A DNA stretch of 63,434 nucleotides, filler included, from Reticulomyxa filosa (GCA_000512085.1; 16 parts of 16 records of this genome joined end to end with filler, not necessarily neighbours in it), one strand, 5' to 3'; shown: positions 23,964 through 37,538, counted from the first letter of the whole stretch. Notes: a model not told the origin generated them from the sequence alone. Program-made: numbers and translations.

Positions 23964-26209
23964 TTGGATGAACTACTTTGGAAAGCACCAAAATTACAAA
24001 TATTATCCATTTACGGTAATTCACATCTGACAGGACATCTTCCAGCCAGTTTGTACAGTGCCAGTATTGTAATGTTTCTTGCACATGGATGTGGTATTGA
24101 TGGAGTATTGCCATGGAGTAGCACTCAAGGAAACATTCAATTCGCCACGTTATTACAAAATCGTTTGTCTGGTGCGATGCCAAGTGGTTTAGTTAAAGCA
24201 AATAGTATTAAAAATAAGGACGATATTGCTACCATTTACAATGATTCAGGTTTACATATATGTATCACATATACATTCATATATTTATATATATTGTGTG
24301 TTTATATTTTATTTTACAACGAGGGAAAAAAATGGGACATTGAATGAAAATGAATTAAAATAGCACTGATGCTATATTTTGATATCAACACCAAATTAAA
24401 GAATGGATTATACTTGTTAGGCAATCGATTTTCAGAAAATAGGGAATGGTATCAAATATTTGCCAATCGGGCATTACCAAAGTATGTATCAAACGATGAA
24501 AGAAATGCAAAAAAATCTATACATTACAAACGGAAGTGACTTTATTGAGACGATGTCAATTGGATTTATCATGGTGACAGTCTTGCTGCTATTGCTGCGA
24601 AAGTCCAGGAGATATCCCTATGTCAAGTGGCTATGTGGCAACAAGTTGGTGTGTTTCAAAATTCGAAAGCTTCCCAATCACGTCGGATTCCAACAAATGA
24701 AGATATTGTTGAAATGGTTAAATAATTGGTTTTCGTCAGTGATCGTCATCTCCTTGGTATTAATCTATATGCTAAATGCTACTTATTATGAAAAAGGATA
24801 TTTATTGTCTCATTTTTCATTGGCTTATCTTGAGAATCCGTCATTGGCTGTTACAGTCTTGTTGATAATCATTGTTTTACTATCCAATGTTGTTGTTTTA
24901 ATATATGCATTCCAATGGATTATGAATCCTCCATTCACGACAACAAGTACCTCCAAGGACGCTTGTGATGATATTGTGGATCCATTTACTTGGCAAAAAG
25001 GAGTGACATTGGCATTGCTATTTCTGGGATGGATTTTAATTGTTATCACTGTGGTGCTATATTTTACATTTGAATCATTTCCAGATAATAATACATTGCA
25101 CATATCCTCGGAGTTGGTTTATACTATTCAAGCAATAATGTCATTGGCATTATCTTTCCATAATTCGTTGATAGCTCCAAATCTTGCCATTTATGCGATT
25201 GAACTTATATTTTATGTTGTCGGTATTAATAATCGCAAATTAGCCCAAAAATGGTACAGTTATATGTCGCTATTCTTGCAAACATTAGTATGCATTATAA
25301 TACCACTTGTTTTTGCTTCGTATTTTTACAATAATTGTGGCCGACACTGGGTACATTATTGGGAGACTTGTTCTGGAAAAGACTCCAATCAAGCTATTGT
25401 CAGCTATAAATGGGCTTATTTCGACTTTGATTTAGAATGGTACATGGACGAAAGTGTGGTGGTATTGAGTTGGGGTGATTTGTGCCAATATCAAGACTTT
25501 CAATTTGGTTATGATTCAACAAACATCTTATAAATGATCACACAACACAATTGTGACAGTCAAAACAATTTTTTTTTTGTGGTATATACATATATGTATA
25601 TATTATATATATATATATATTCATACATATATTCCAGGCTCATGTGCTCGTGAAATTCTGGAGAAATGGGGAAATGTTATGATAATCAAAATGGCAATTA
25701 ATGTATTTTTACCGTGGACTCGCTTGGCCAATATTCGTGCATTTTTATTCCAATGTGAACCATTGAAATTCTTGGCTGGATCAAATGAATTGAATTTTGA
25801 AACGGTGGGATTATTTGTGAATGTAGAGTTGGTGATTTTGCTGGGGTTATTTTGTCCTTTGATTGTACCGTTGTGTGCAATGGCAACAATATCCAATATC
25901 TTGAATTTTCAGTACCTATTGAACAAAAAAACCAAACATGTAACGTCCGGGGAAGAAAATCTCATTGAAAAAAGTAACATTTACAAATTATCTGACGAGG
26001 TTCCCTCATTTCCAATATCGGTGCTGATTGTACCATTTTTATTACAACAGCTCATTTGGGTGTTGTCTGGTGCATTGAGTAGTGTTCATTCCCATCTGAT
26101 CAAGACTGTGTTTGGTTGTGCATTTGCTATTGTCGATATTTGCTTCATAGTGGTTGTTATTGCTGCACGGCGTTTTCATGGAACTCAAATAGCGCAACAA
26201 TACAGTTAA
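23964..26209 (+). CDS. Leucine-rich-repeat, multi-pass membrane protein, 5'-partial
   Basis: Plant-type LRRs (LQILSIYGNSHLTGHLP, LAHGCGIDGVLP, LLQNRLSGAMP, LYLLGNRFS) precede roughly 10 hydrophobic helices. There is an apparent +1 frameshift in A7 at 24509-24515. Confidence 0.75.
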
Positions 26210-26849
26210 TCATTCCATTAACATAAATAAAAGAAATCCGAAAATATATTTCTGCGTTTGCAAAATAAACACAAAAGAAAAATCTGAAAATGAATCGGCG
26301 ACGACCAGTATTGAAGAAAATTCGATATTACGTGAAGCGGGATATCATCGGATGCCAATGGAAACACTAAAAGACAAACTTTGAGTTGAATTTTACCTTA
26401 ATAAAGATCTTTTTTTAGCTTATAAAACTGCTTTTTCAAATTTTTTGTACTTTAAACTTGAAAACATTCACGAAAAATTTTAACTGTCTGTGAAGCGTAT
26501 ATTTTTTTTTCCATTGCTTTAACTCCATTAAATTCAAGTTTTGGAAAACGTACATTTAATTATGCAAAAGAAAAGTCACAATATAATACAAATTGGTCCA
26601 ATCCCTACACATTAAATTTTTATTAGCTCTGACATTTTTACAAGTTTTTGATACAGATTTGTTTACAATTGATCTTTACAAAAATAAATAAATGAAAATT
26701 ATCCAAAACTATCTCTTTGTCAATTCCATAATCGACAAAGGACAAGTAAAAAAAGCTAGGATACGCCAGTGAAGTGGTTCACCAGCTTTTTTTTTTTAAC
26801 TCTTTGACAGTTTAATTTGCTTGTTGTCTTGAACTAAAATGTGTCAATA

Positions 26850-27335
26850 ATGAGCATGTGTCGCTTTTGGAAGTTACTGTTGCTGTGTACGTTGCCGTGC
26901 CTTGCAGTCACCTTCAACGCGTGCGCTTTCGAAGAAAAAAAAATTTGTAAGATTCGTCTCAATTTATTATATTTGTTTATTTGTCCAAGCAATGAGTAAA
27001 AGAAAGTATTTTTGTTGTTAAAGACCGACACGTCATCAAACAGACTTCAAAAAAAAAAACTCAAAAAGGGGCCAATAAAAATGAATACATCTTTTAAAAC
27101 ATGAAAAAATAAAGCTGGGGATATAATTGGTATTGATTTGGGAACAACGTATTCATGTGTAGGAGTGACGCTTAATGGCAAAGTGGAAATTATTCCGAAC
27201 GAAATGGGCGAACGAAAAACACCGTCATATGTTGCTTTTACAGAAAAAGAGCGCTTGATCGGCAATGTGGCCAAAAACCAAGCCACAATCAATCCAAAAA
27301 ACACAATTTTTGATGTGAAACGGTATGTATCAGAA
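26850..27335 (+). CDS. BiP: Hsp70, probably ER BiP/GRP78, 3'-partial
   Basis: [55 protein letters not shown]. An upstream exon at 26850 encodes the signal-peptide-like [26 protein letters not shown]. Confidence 0.88.
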
Positions 27336-27506
27336 NNNNNNNNNNNNNNNNNNNNNNNNNNNNNNNNNNNNNNNNNNNNTTAATTAATTAANNNNNNNNN
27401 NNNNNNNNNNNNNNNNNNNNNNNNNNNNNNNNNNNAAAAAAAATCATTTTGCTGGACAGTCACAATTTTTTTTTTTTTTTTGGTGCAAAGAAGAAAAAAA
27501 AAAAAA

Positions 27507-28871
27507 TCAAAAAAATTTCTTTGTAAACGATTCGCCACTTTCAGTATTTCTCTCATGCAAACTTGTGGTCTCATGTATGCTGTCATGATTTTCAAGACGT
27601 AATTTCAATCGCTTTTCAAATTCATCACAAGCAGCCTGATTGTGCAGTGGATCCCACACCGTGTTTCCATGTGGCTCGGCATATTGCTTCAGTTTAATCC
27701 ACCAACCGCAAATGGTATCATTATTGAACAAAGAATAAACTGAGTGCTTGGTAACATAGTTCGTGGAAAGTGGTGGTACCGACGGTCGATGGATCATCTT
27801 CATGCGTTTGTTGGTAGTCTTTGTCTTTTTCAAACAGATCAAGTTTGTGCGAAGGCTATGAAATAGTTTCAATCGATTATCGTTCTTATCCAAATATTGG
27901 TCACTATAGAGAAACGTCGCGATCTTGAGCATTTCTCTCAGCTGTGCAGTTTCATTATTAAAATTTACCAAGTGTTCAAATTGGACGACAACGTAGTCCT
28001 TTGTTTTTCCAAATGCATCCATTGCCAAAATAAATTTGAACACCCCGACTTGTCGTGGTAATAAATGTTTTTCAATTTGATATTTGAAATTCCCTTGGAG
28101 CTTTGAAGTACTGTGCTGAAATTTTCGCAGCGTTAGTACCTTGGTATGACCGCCATGAAGATATTGGAACCCTGCAAACATTGCATCCCACACGTTTCTC
28201 AGCAATATAATGGCGTGTGTGCGCTCTATCTGCGGTACATGTGCGTTGATGTACGTATAATACTGGGGCATGCGTTCATGAAACGCGGACCAATTTGATA
28301 CACTCGACCATATGGGCTTGGTTAAACTCTCAAAAGGCTTCAAATGAAACTGATGGCGTTCGGACATATTCATGCACACAAGCTCACCGCGGACAATATC
28401 GTCAAAGAGTTCCACAAAGTGCTCGGGATGCATTTTTGTGACAGCTACGGTATATGTACATGCGCTCTCTAATTCAAAATGTCCCTGGTTTTGTAATTTT
28501 TTATCTTGATACAGACTACCGGTTTGATAACCGATCAATGTTTCTATCATCAAGCGAGTAAATGTGTTGCCCGAACCGATTGACGACACTAAGAAAGGAG
28601 GGATCTTGTGTCGAAATATTTGCATATTTAATCGCTGTTTCCAATCAATTAACAAAGGCTTGTCTCTTATGTTACATTTTTCTTTTGAAATATCCTCTGC
28701 ATCATCCGTTTTTACATTAAACATTGTGAGGATATCTTTATTGTCAAAAACTTTGCTGTTGACTAAAAGATTGGACCCAAGTCCAAACATTATAAATATT
28801 ATCAGACCAAAGAAGAAAATCCAAAAATAAAAAGGAAAATATATTAATTTTGTGGCTGGTGCATTGGCCAT
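27507..28871 (-). CDS. Type II membrane sulfotransferase-like protein (WSCD-like)
   Basis: N-terminal TM, PAPS-loop LVSSIGSGNTFTRLMIE..IG..TGSLY.D, V.VTKMHP, and the 3'-phosphate motif AIILLRN.WDA. Confidence 0.8.
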   Translation of the reverse strand: MANAPATKLIYFPFYFWIFFFGLIIFIMFGLGSNLLVNSKVFDNKDILTMFNVKTDDAEDISKEKCNIRDKPLLIDWKQRLNMQIFRHKIPPFLVSSIGSGNTFTRLMIETLIGYQTGSLYQDKKLQNQGHFELESACTYTVAVTKMHPEHFVELFDDIVRGELVCMNMSERHQFHLKPFESLTKPIWSSVSNWSAFHERMPQYYTYINAHVPQIERTHAIILLRNVWDAMFAGFQYLHGGHTKVLTLRKFQHSTSKLQGNFKYQIEKHLLPRQVGVFKFILAMDAFGKTKDYVVVQFEHLVNFNNETAQLREMLKIATFLYSDQYLDKNDNRLKLFHSLRTNLICLKKTKTTNKRMKMIHRPSVPPLSTNYVTKHSVYSLFNNDTICGWWIKLKQYAEPHGNTVWDPLHNQAACDEFEKRLKLRLENHDSIHETTSLHERNTESGESFTKKFF

Positions 28872-29783
28872 CTTCCAACCATAACAATGTTACTTTGGAG
28901 TGTTAATTTTTTTTTTTACGAAGGAACTGTGGAGTTCACTTTAAAGTTCTTTACACTTTTTTGACTGTAATCATATTTCAGCTTGAACTAAACAAGTTCC
29001 AAAACAATGCATTGTTGATAGCCACAACGGACAGTTAAAAGTAGCGAATAAAGGGCATCCAAAAGAAACTAAACACAGCTGTGTTTATTTCTAAGTAAAA
29101 CAAATTGACAAATTAAACGACATCAACAATTACTCCTACAGCCTAGTGTTACAAATAATTAAAAAATTGCAAAAAAACAATAATGTACACAAATATAATC
29201 AAATTAATTTTTTTGGAGCACTTTGGACTCAACTTAAATTTTTGTGCAAAAAAGCGAGGATATAATAGTTTTAAGAAAAAAACAATGTGTCAACGAAAAA
29301 TTAAAAACATATCAACAAGACAAAAGCGCAGTTATATTAGCATTATCAAATCGTCCAGATAAATAACTATAAGCTAGTTGGCTTTTTTGGCTCAGTTACA
29401 AAAATTATAAAAAAAGTAAAGCTGTTTAACTCTAAACCAATATCCACAGACAACTCAAGGCAAGCAAAGACATTCCAATCCTTGAAATATTTACTGTTGC
29501 GAACATGGTTAAAAAAAAGAAAGAAAATCAGATTATTGTCAACGAAACAGAAGTTAACGTGAGGAACAAAACTCCAAAAGTGATAATGAGATCCGTCACC
29601 AACACTAATTACAAAAAAAAATAAATTGGCGCCCCCTTTCGAAAAATTGATAGAAAATTCATTTTATGAACGTCGTTTGAACCATCACAAAACAATGTGT
29701 TCAACACAAGCCGAACTCATTTTTTTTTTTTTTGAATTATAAAATAAAAAAGGGGGTGCAAATCACTACATCCATTTTTTTTT

Positions 29784-30245
29784 TCAAACACCGCTTTCCT
29801 CCACTTTTGCACTGGTACCACAACTCTCTTCATCTTCGCTCGCAGATGTAGAACCCACGGCATGACTATCTTCGTTGTCATGATGACACGTAGACACAAA
29901 AGATTTTGATTTGGGTTGTGCTTCCTGTATCCAATCGGCAAGTTGTGAGTGATAATTTTTGGTTTTTGTTTTGCAGTCAGCTGCATTTGTATATCCTTCG
30001 CTCTTCAACTTGTTCACACAAATAGTACACGTGGATGGATTGGCACATGCTTTCCTTTCCATTTTTGTACTACGTGTGCTATAACGAGTGGAGGCATACA
30101 CTTTTTCTAAGTCGAATTCTCTTCCAAATGTCCTATCATATGCTTTTTTCAATTCTCTATATAGGACAAACGATAATCCCAAAATCATGAATACCATAAA
30201 CACAACTACACCGTCAGGAACTTTGTTCTTGCCATGATCTTTCAA
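29784..30245 (-). CDS. Small single-pass membrane protein (5' end uncertain)
   Basis: One TM (VVVFMVFMILGLSFVLY), a C-x4-C-x2-C cluster and an acidic tail. Confidence 0.5.
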   Translation of the reverse strand: MKDHGKNKVPDGVVVFMVFMILGLSFVLYRELKKAYDRTFGREFDLEKVYASTRYSTRSTKMERKACANPSTCTICVNKLKSEGYTNAADCKTKTKNYHSQLADWIQEAQPKSKSFVSTCHHDNEDSHAVGSTSASEDEESCGTSAKVEESGV

Positions 30246-31031
30246 AGGCTTGTCTGCACATTCAACAATTTTTTTATTTATTTATTGTAATCAACTCCAT
30301 TATTACAAAAATTATATTTGTTTTGTTTTTTTTTTTAATTTCGACTCCCTTGCCAAAAAACGATTTTGGTGTTCTCAAGAGATAGTGTTAATCGCTTGCG
30401 TACTTAGCAAGTGTCGTTGGTTTACGGTATCGAATGGCGACACTGCGCTGTGAACGTGGTTCACAAAAAAGAGCAGCAAAAACACTAAGCCATCATAGAG
30501 CTTCATTCTTTCAATTGCAGGAATTAGACAAAAATGCTCACCTTGAAATTGGGCTGTCCTGTTTAAAAAAAACAAGTTTGTGAAAGGGAAAGTGTTTCCG
30601 TTAAAGTGGCTATGCAAAACAAAGGAGCATATTTTTTGGGAATAAGATTTCTTTTATTTTCTCGCCTTCTTCTGTGCAATGCACTTGCTAACCAAGCCAG
30701 CATAGTGAATTATATTTTATGGCTTTTTCAAGCAAAATTTCCGAATATGAAAACTACGCATTTGGGGGAGTAAGTAAAAAACATCTACTTAGATGGTTGA
30801 GCAAACATTTAATCCATAAACAAGAAGTAGGTCTGCCAATGTGTTCCTTTTTCTTTTTTTGCTTGTACGTCCCCCCATTTCGATGAATAGAACTATTATC
30901 CTCAGTTTATTTTGAAAAGAGTACAAGTTATTCAATAAACAAAGAAAGCGGAATAAGAAAGAATACGTCCAAACATAAGCTACGGAAAAACATCAGCAAA
31001 ATCTTAACGAAAAACTGAGAACAGACATCGA

Positions 31032-31904
31032 ATGTCTGACATAACATATAAAAATATTCCCATTTGCAAACAACTGTATGATGTCCCATATTTTTTCCCG
31101 GAAAACCCAGAACAAGGATTAGTGTTTTATTGTTCATTATTGGGATTGACATTATTTGTATTATGCTATGTGTTATCAAAAATTCATCGGCAAAGATTGT
31201 TATTGCAAAGAGGCGAGATTCGAATGATGAAAGGCTATTTGCTGCCTATTTATATGACATTTTTATATTGTTGTGTAATAGTATATGGGGTCAAAGCAAT
31301 AGATATTGCAATAGCATTTATAGTCTATCGTCACAAATTCCAATCCGGAATGCCAGTTGGATTTGCAATACTGCACGCCGCGAGTTTTTGGACGAGTGAG
31401 TTTTGGCTGTTCGATTTGTTGATTGTGTTTTTAGTGAGCAATAGTCATGGCACATTGATGATTCGAAGAGCTTTTTGGTTTTCCACCGTTGTTTGGATTG
31501 TAAACGTTATTGTCATTGCCATTGGTCAGTATATACATATATACATATATATATACATATATATATACATATATATATACATATATATGTATATGTGTAC
31601 ATATGTGTACACATACATATACATATATATATACATATATATACATATATATGTATATAATACAAATATTACTAAAGCAATTGAAAGTCCACGCGTTGAG
31701 GCATTCCTAAATTTTGTGGGCGTGTACGGGGTCCAATGTTGGATTTCATTGTTAGTGTTATTGTATATGTACATACAAAAATTTCCTCATCATAGCATTC
31801 AGTTGTGGACATTAACGATCCTGTTTTTTGTCGAATGCTTTCTCCGGCTCATTGCCGATTTTTTGAGATATCATCAAGTTTTTTTTTTTTTTTTTGTTGT
31901 CAAT

Positions 31905-31947
<43 letters not shown>

Positions 31948-32136
31948 ATAATCCATACATGCACATATATGCGTCTATGTGCATGGACGCTTCTGATGAT
32001 TTCATTTTTGTTTTGTTTGGGATGGAAATACAGCGTGCAGGATTTTGTTTCATGGACCTAGCGGATATAATCTCGGGTGTGGTTACTCCTTGGCTTATCG
32101 TGTACACATTGCAAAGGGACTCAAAGCATTGGAGGT
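31032..32136 (+). CDS. Seven-TM (GPCR-like) membrane protein, 3'-partial
   Basis: About 7 hydrophobic helices remain after removing the two (TA)n introns (~31524-31677 and ~31878-32033). The last visible exon ends [16 protein letters not shown] at a GT donor before the spacer. Confidence 0.65.
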
Positions 32137-33310
32137 GCTAAATACATATATGTACATATATATATACATATATATATANNNNNNNNNNNNNNNNNNNNNN
32201 NNNNNNNNNNNNNNNNNNNNNNTTAATTAATTAANNNNNNNNNNNNNNNNNNNNNNNNNNNNNNNNNNNNNNNNNNNNAATTGAATTGATTTTTTCATTT
32301 ATTTGCTTTCATAAACTATTGGAAATACCCTGAATCCATACAGTCTCGGCAATTTTCAAAAAATTTATATTCTCAAAGCATTTTCAAAAATTGCTTCTTC
32401 AAACACTTGCAAGTGAATACTGGTCGCGAACAAGCTCATCAATTTATAGTTTGACAAGCCAATTTACTTAATCCAAGTAAATAAAATGACGTACATAAAT
32501 GTACAAGAAGGACGTACAAGTCCAATGACCAGAAAAAAATGTAAATACTAATCTCTATTAGAATGTCATATTATTTTATAAACTTTCAATTTAATTTTCA
32601 GTAGATTTTAAAAAGTTTTGAGCGAAAAAAACGTTTGCATTTTTACGCTATGCTTTTTCAATGAATGTTTTCATTTTGAAACGATCTGCAATGTTATTAG
32701 TAGTTCATACCTTATAGACCCACTAATTCTCTAAAAAATATACACGATTTCAAAATGTTTTTTTTTGAGTAGTTTGTTTTTTGTGTTTGTCAATTTTTAG
32801 TTTTTTTGCGTTTATCAGTCGAGTTTTTGTGTACTGTTATTTTTGTTCTTTTTTTGTGTTAATTTTTTGGCTGGAGTACAGCAAGACGTTCACACTTCTT
32901 TTATTAATTGAAATCATAATAACCAAATTAAAAAGTTTAGATTATTTTAAAGTTTGTTTTTTTTAAATCACAGAAAATCTAGAATCATGAACTACAGAAA
33001 ATTGAAATGCATTTCGACTCTTGAGCATTTGAGATATTTTTAAACAAAAAGTTGAAAATGTTGCGTTTCAAAGAAAAAATTGATTATCTCGATAAGATAC
33101 AATTTTCGTATTTCTAACTGAAAATTTTGGTTACAATGATGTTACACTTCAATGTATGTAAAAGTTGGTGTGTAAAGTTGAAACAAAAGATGTTTAAAGA
33201 CAAAAAAGACACTATCCCCAACCCACAAACGTTTTTCCTCTAAGGACAAAAACGAAAAATAAAAAAGTTACCCAAGTTTTTCCTAATTTGCTGACTACGT
33301 TATTGAAAAT

Positions 33311-34701
33311 ATGGACCGAACATTGTTATTGAATTCAATGGATTTTTCAAATGAAGATGCAGAGGTTCATTCCACTTGGAGTGAGGATAATAGAGAGGAA
33401 CCCTCGAGGTGTGACTGTAAGCAGGTAGTGAAAGCGATGTGCTATGGGACTTTGCATTGCTTCAAAAACTATGTAACACCCAGGTAAAATCCCTAGAAGC
33501 ACCCTTTTCATCAAATGCAGATGATGAACGTGAAAGGAGGGCAACATTGTTTTTGAAGCAACAATCATTGTATGCAATATGGAATATGGTACGATTTTGG
33601 TGTATCGGTTTGTTCTTGCTTTTTGCCTCATTCAAAAAGCAGCAAACGTTAGAAAATTTTTTTGATAGTAGTGATCAATGTTGTTACTGTATGATCAACG
33701 CTTTTGAAAATAACATGAGAATGGAGTGGAGTGTATGTGAAAAAAAGTTTTCGGATAATATATGTTATCCCTATAATATGACTACAATTGGAGACAATTG
33801 TGACAGTTTAGTCTATTTTTTTGACAAAAAGGTATCCTACATATGTACACATGTAATCTGAATATAAAACAATTGGAAAGACTCGAATCACTTTTCTTGC
33901 GATTCCAGCTTGGAAGTGATTACTTGGCATAAAAGCTACGATATCTATGGGTGGACGGCATTTGCGACAGTAACATTTTATGGGATAATATTGTATTTGG
34001 TGACGAGATGTTACTCTCATTTGGGAGTGTACATATTATTTTACAATGTATTAGTGTCATTGGGATGTTTGTATTGGTTTTTGAATATGTTCCAATTCCA
34101 TAAGACATCAGAGAATTTAACAAGCAACGAATATACGAATGTGCCACAACATTGTTTCGTGGATATCTTCTCATTGCGATTGGTTCGATGGCTAAAGATA
34201 TTTCTGGTTGTCGCCTTTGCTTTTGCTCTGTTTCCCCTCTTATTGTTCACCGTCAATGCATTGAGTCGTATGTGTAACCACGGTGATCGGTGGTACCATA
34301 TGGCATGCCAGTGGTTCAATGCAAAATTAGGAAGATATGGAACCGCCGGATATGTTGCATTTGGTGTGATCGCCGGTTTGGGATACATCATTTGTCTGGC
34401 CAAAGGACTGTATCTCCTCTTCAATGAGAAAAATTACCAAACTCCAGTGCATATTAGTTCCTTTGTCCTCGTTATCCTTTTAATCATTATGAGTTGGTTT
34501 GATATTTTTTTGTTTGGACTGTGTCGCTGCTGCTGTCGCCACGACCAATGGTTTTGCTATGTCGAGTCCAAGGGGTTTGCTGTCGCATTGTGGACTTGCG
34601 CCAAAGATTTGCCGTGCTGTTGCAGCTGGTGCATGGAACGTTGCTTCTACTCTCAATCAAGGCAACGCGACTTTGGGATTAGTCTTAGTGATCACAAATA
34701 G
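33311..34701 (+). CDS. Multi-pass membrane protein with Cys-rich N- and C-terminal segments, about 3 exons
   Basis: Exons start at ~33311, ~33643 and 33909. CCYC..C..C..C precedes about 5 TMs, followed by a LCRCCCR...PCCCSWCMERC tail. Confidence 0.6.
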
Positions 34702-34999
34702 GGATCATCATCTTTTTCGCAACTTTTTTTTTAAAGTTAGAACGCTGCAATGATTCAAGAGAAAAAATAGCTATTTTACAATTTTGTTTTCACACTGCTT
34801 TTTTTCAAACCAACCTATCAATTCATACAATTTTATTCTTTTCAGAGTTCGTCTTGCATTGATTGAAAAAATTTTGAAACTATGCTCTAGCTCAGTCCAA
34901 ACTAAAAAGTCCAAAAATGAAATGATAATGCACGTATAGAATCATTTCAAAAATATTGATACTGCTTTGAGAGCAAAAAAAAAAGTCTCGCAGTACTCA

Positions 35000-36270
35000 T
35001 TACAGTTTGCGGTATTTAATAGTCTGTGCGAAATCAGAGTGTAAGTCATTGCCAGACTCAAGACAAGCCCAAGAGGCTAAGAGACACCTTCCAACATTTA
35101 AGACATTCAAGACTAAGGCCACGATAGAGATGGCATCCAATCCTGGTGACCCAGTCAAAATTAAAACTAAGCCTGCGATAATGAAAGGAACATTGAGTAA
35201 AGAACTCCACATCCACGAGCGATAGTATCGATATCCATTGTATTCTTTGTTATCGCCCATTCCAAGTAATTCATACACTCGAATGCTATATGTCAATGAT
35301 GAGATTATTGTCAGAAATGGAAATGTCATCAGTGTTAAATTTCCTCGTGGATAACGATGAATGAACCACAAGCATATGGCGATGCGCAATCCCACATTCA
35401 AGCCCGTCAACAAGACTTGGAATGTCTCTGGTCTATGGTTTTGCCACGGATCACACACATATACGTTACCCAAATGTCGCTTACTTGACTTCAGCAGACT
35501 CCAAAAAAATATACAAAGGACACTCGAAGTTTTAAGTCGGAAAGAGAGTAGAGTGACAAAAAAAAAAAAAAATGATCAAAATTGCGCATGAGTTATTCAA
35601 TTTGTATGTTTTGAATTTTGAAAAATTCCACATATACGAACTTTTGAGTGGAGCTCGAATTGAAAGACAAGCACGGGACCAACATTGAAATACTATCGAC
35701 AATGGCCAGAATAAATGAAAACAGCAAATGCAATACTGCACCTCGTTTCAAATCAGGCCTTGTCATTGTATACATAAACTTGGAGCAGGGAAAAGGTATA
35801 TATACCTCGTGTATGTAAGCAGATAATTTTACACAATATGGCAATGTGTGCTCTTGCATCAACACGGTCGAATAATACTGTTCAAATTGTGCAATTGGCC
35901 ATTTTTGGCTATTATCAATAAACAGTACAACAGATTGCTCACTTTATAAAAAAAAACAACCTTTTCGAAATCTCTTTGCCCTCAAATAACAATTTTCACT
36001 TACGTATGCTCATCACCGTCTATTTCTTCGATAAATCGTACATATTCTGCGGGCACATATCCTTCTTTAGTTCTATTTCCTCCACAAACACATATTCCTT
36101 TGATAAAGTATACGCTCTACATGGAATTCTTACCCTATTTTTGCCAGTGCCCAACCGTTCAAGTCAGGCGAATCATCGATAATTTCGATAATATCTCCTG
36201 GTCTTATTGTCAATTGGTCGGCATCTTGTCCTTCATATTCATACAATACTTGTGCTCGCATTACTGTCAT
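35000..36270 (-). CDS. N-terminal SH3 domain + multi-pass membrane protein
   Basis: Spliced translation MTVMRAQVLYEYEGQDADQLTIRPGDIIEIIDDSPDLNGWALAKIG|TKEGYVPAEYVRFI is a canonical SH3. Further exons on the same strand encode about 5 TMs ending at 35000. The SH3 part is absent from the ORF track. Confidence 0.75.
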
Positions 36271-36674
36271 TGTTCGTTGCGGGTTCCTTTTTCCTTGTTC
36301 TACGTTTCGCTCTGTTCAATCTGGCCATATTGTTGTTTTCTCAAATCAGATAAAAGCATAAAAATATTACAATCTAAGATAACGAATAAAATTAACAGTA
36401 GTGCATACCCAAAAATATCCTTTAAGTAAATTTAAGACGTTAGATTTGGACATTTTGTAAAAGTATAATCCAACTACAAATTTTCATTATGAAAAGGACA
36501 CGTTTCGTGTTGGTTAAACTTTAAAGACTTGTTGAACTTAAAAAAGCCCAAAGCACTGTTTTGTTACGCGAAACTTTAATATTTTAAAATTAAAAATTGT
36601 CCCTTTGTGGCGTGATTTCTGTCTAGTTGCTTATCCTCTTATAAGACAACGCTTTAGTGAAACATTTATGAAAA

Positions 36675-37538
36675 ATGTCCTTCAAAACTTGTACAAAGGA
36701 AGAGGACAGAAACAAAGGCCAAAACGACTCCAAAGAGGAAGAAGCCTGGTCCGACATAAAAACGAACGAATTATCAGTCTCTTCGCTTTTGACAAATGAC
36801 GAAATTGCAGAGGCGGGACAGCAATCCCCATATTTGGTATCACCAACACACAGTCCAAGATCGGAAGCATCAGGGCTGCACTCGACAGCAGAAAGGGAAG
36901 AGAAGTTGGAGGAAGATCAATGGGATATTTACAACATTTACAGCCGAATCGATCATTTACACAGCCAACTTCTGGAAAGGCACAAAAGTGAGAAAAGGTA
37001 TATGCATTGTGTTGTGATTTTTATATGTTGAGCGATACAATAGAAAAGGACACTAACATATGATCAGAGAAACATTAGCGGAAGAAATCGCAGCATTGAA
37101 AGAATCCGGCATGGATATATTGATGTATATAAAACACCATCAGCGTTTCAAACCTGCGCTGACCAACGCACTGCTTTGGATGAAACAATTTTCCAAATGC
37201 ATGTACGGGACGATGACACATTTTGGAATCGACTCAGTTGAACATATGTTATCCGATCTTTGGTCATTTATCAAAGATGGCATGGTGTATTTAGACGAAC
37301 ATCCCAAGTTTTGATGGTTTCTTTTTTTGTTCCTTTCCAAACTTAAAACGATAAACACAAAACACAAAGAAATAATGTGATGAAACTCACTATTGATAAA
37401 ATGAGTGAAGTCATTGAAGCGATACAATCAATGATACTGTTGTCACAATGTGTTTGTGAGCCTTACGTTAGTGATCAGGACGTTCTCTCGGACGATGATG
37501 AGGACAATGACATTAACTCTATTCTCGATGTCGACTAA
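36675..37538 (+). CDS. Hypothetical protein, 3 exons
   Basis: ORFs 36675-~36997 and ~37067-37307 plus a last exon ending DDDEDNDINSILDVD*, separated by GT-AG introns. Confidence 0.55.

Noticed and set aside
31431-31774. ORFs rich in YIYIYI, FFFF, KKKK or CVCV (here and throughout)
   Set aside because: They are translations of intronic (TA)n, (TG)n and homopolymer tracts or antisense shadows of real genes.
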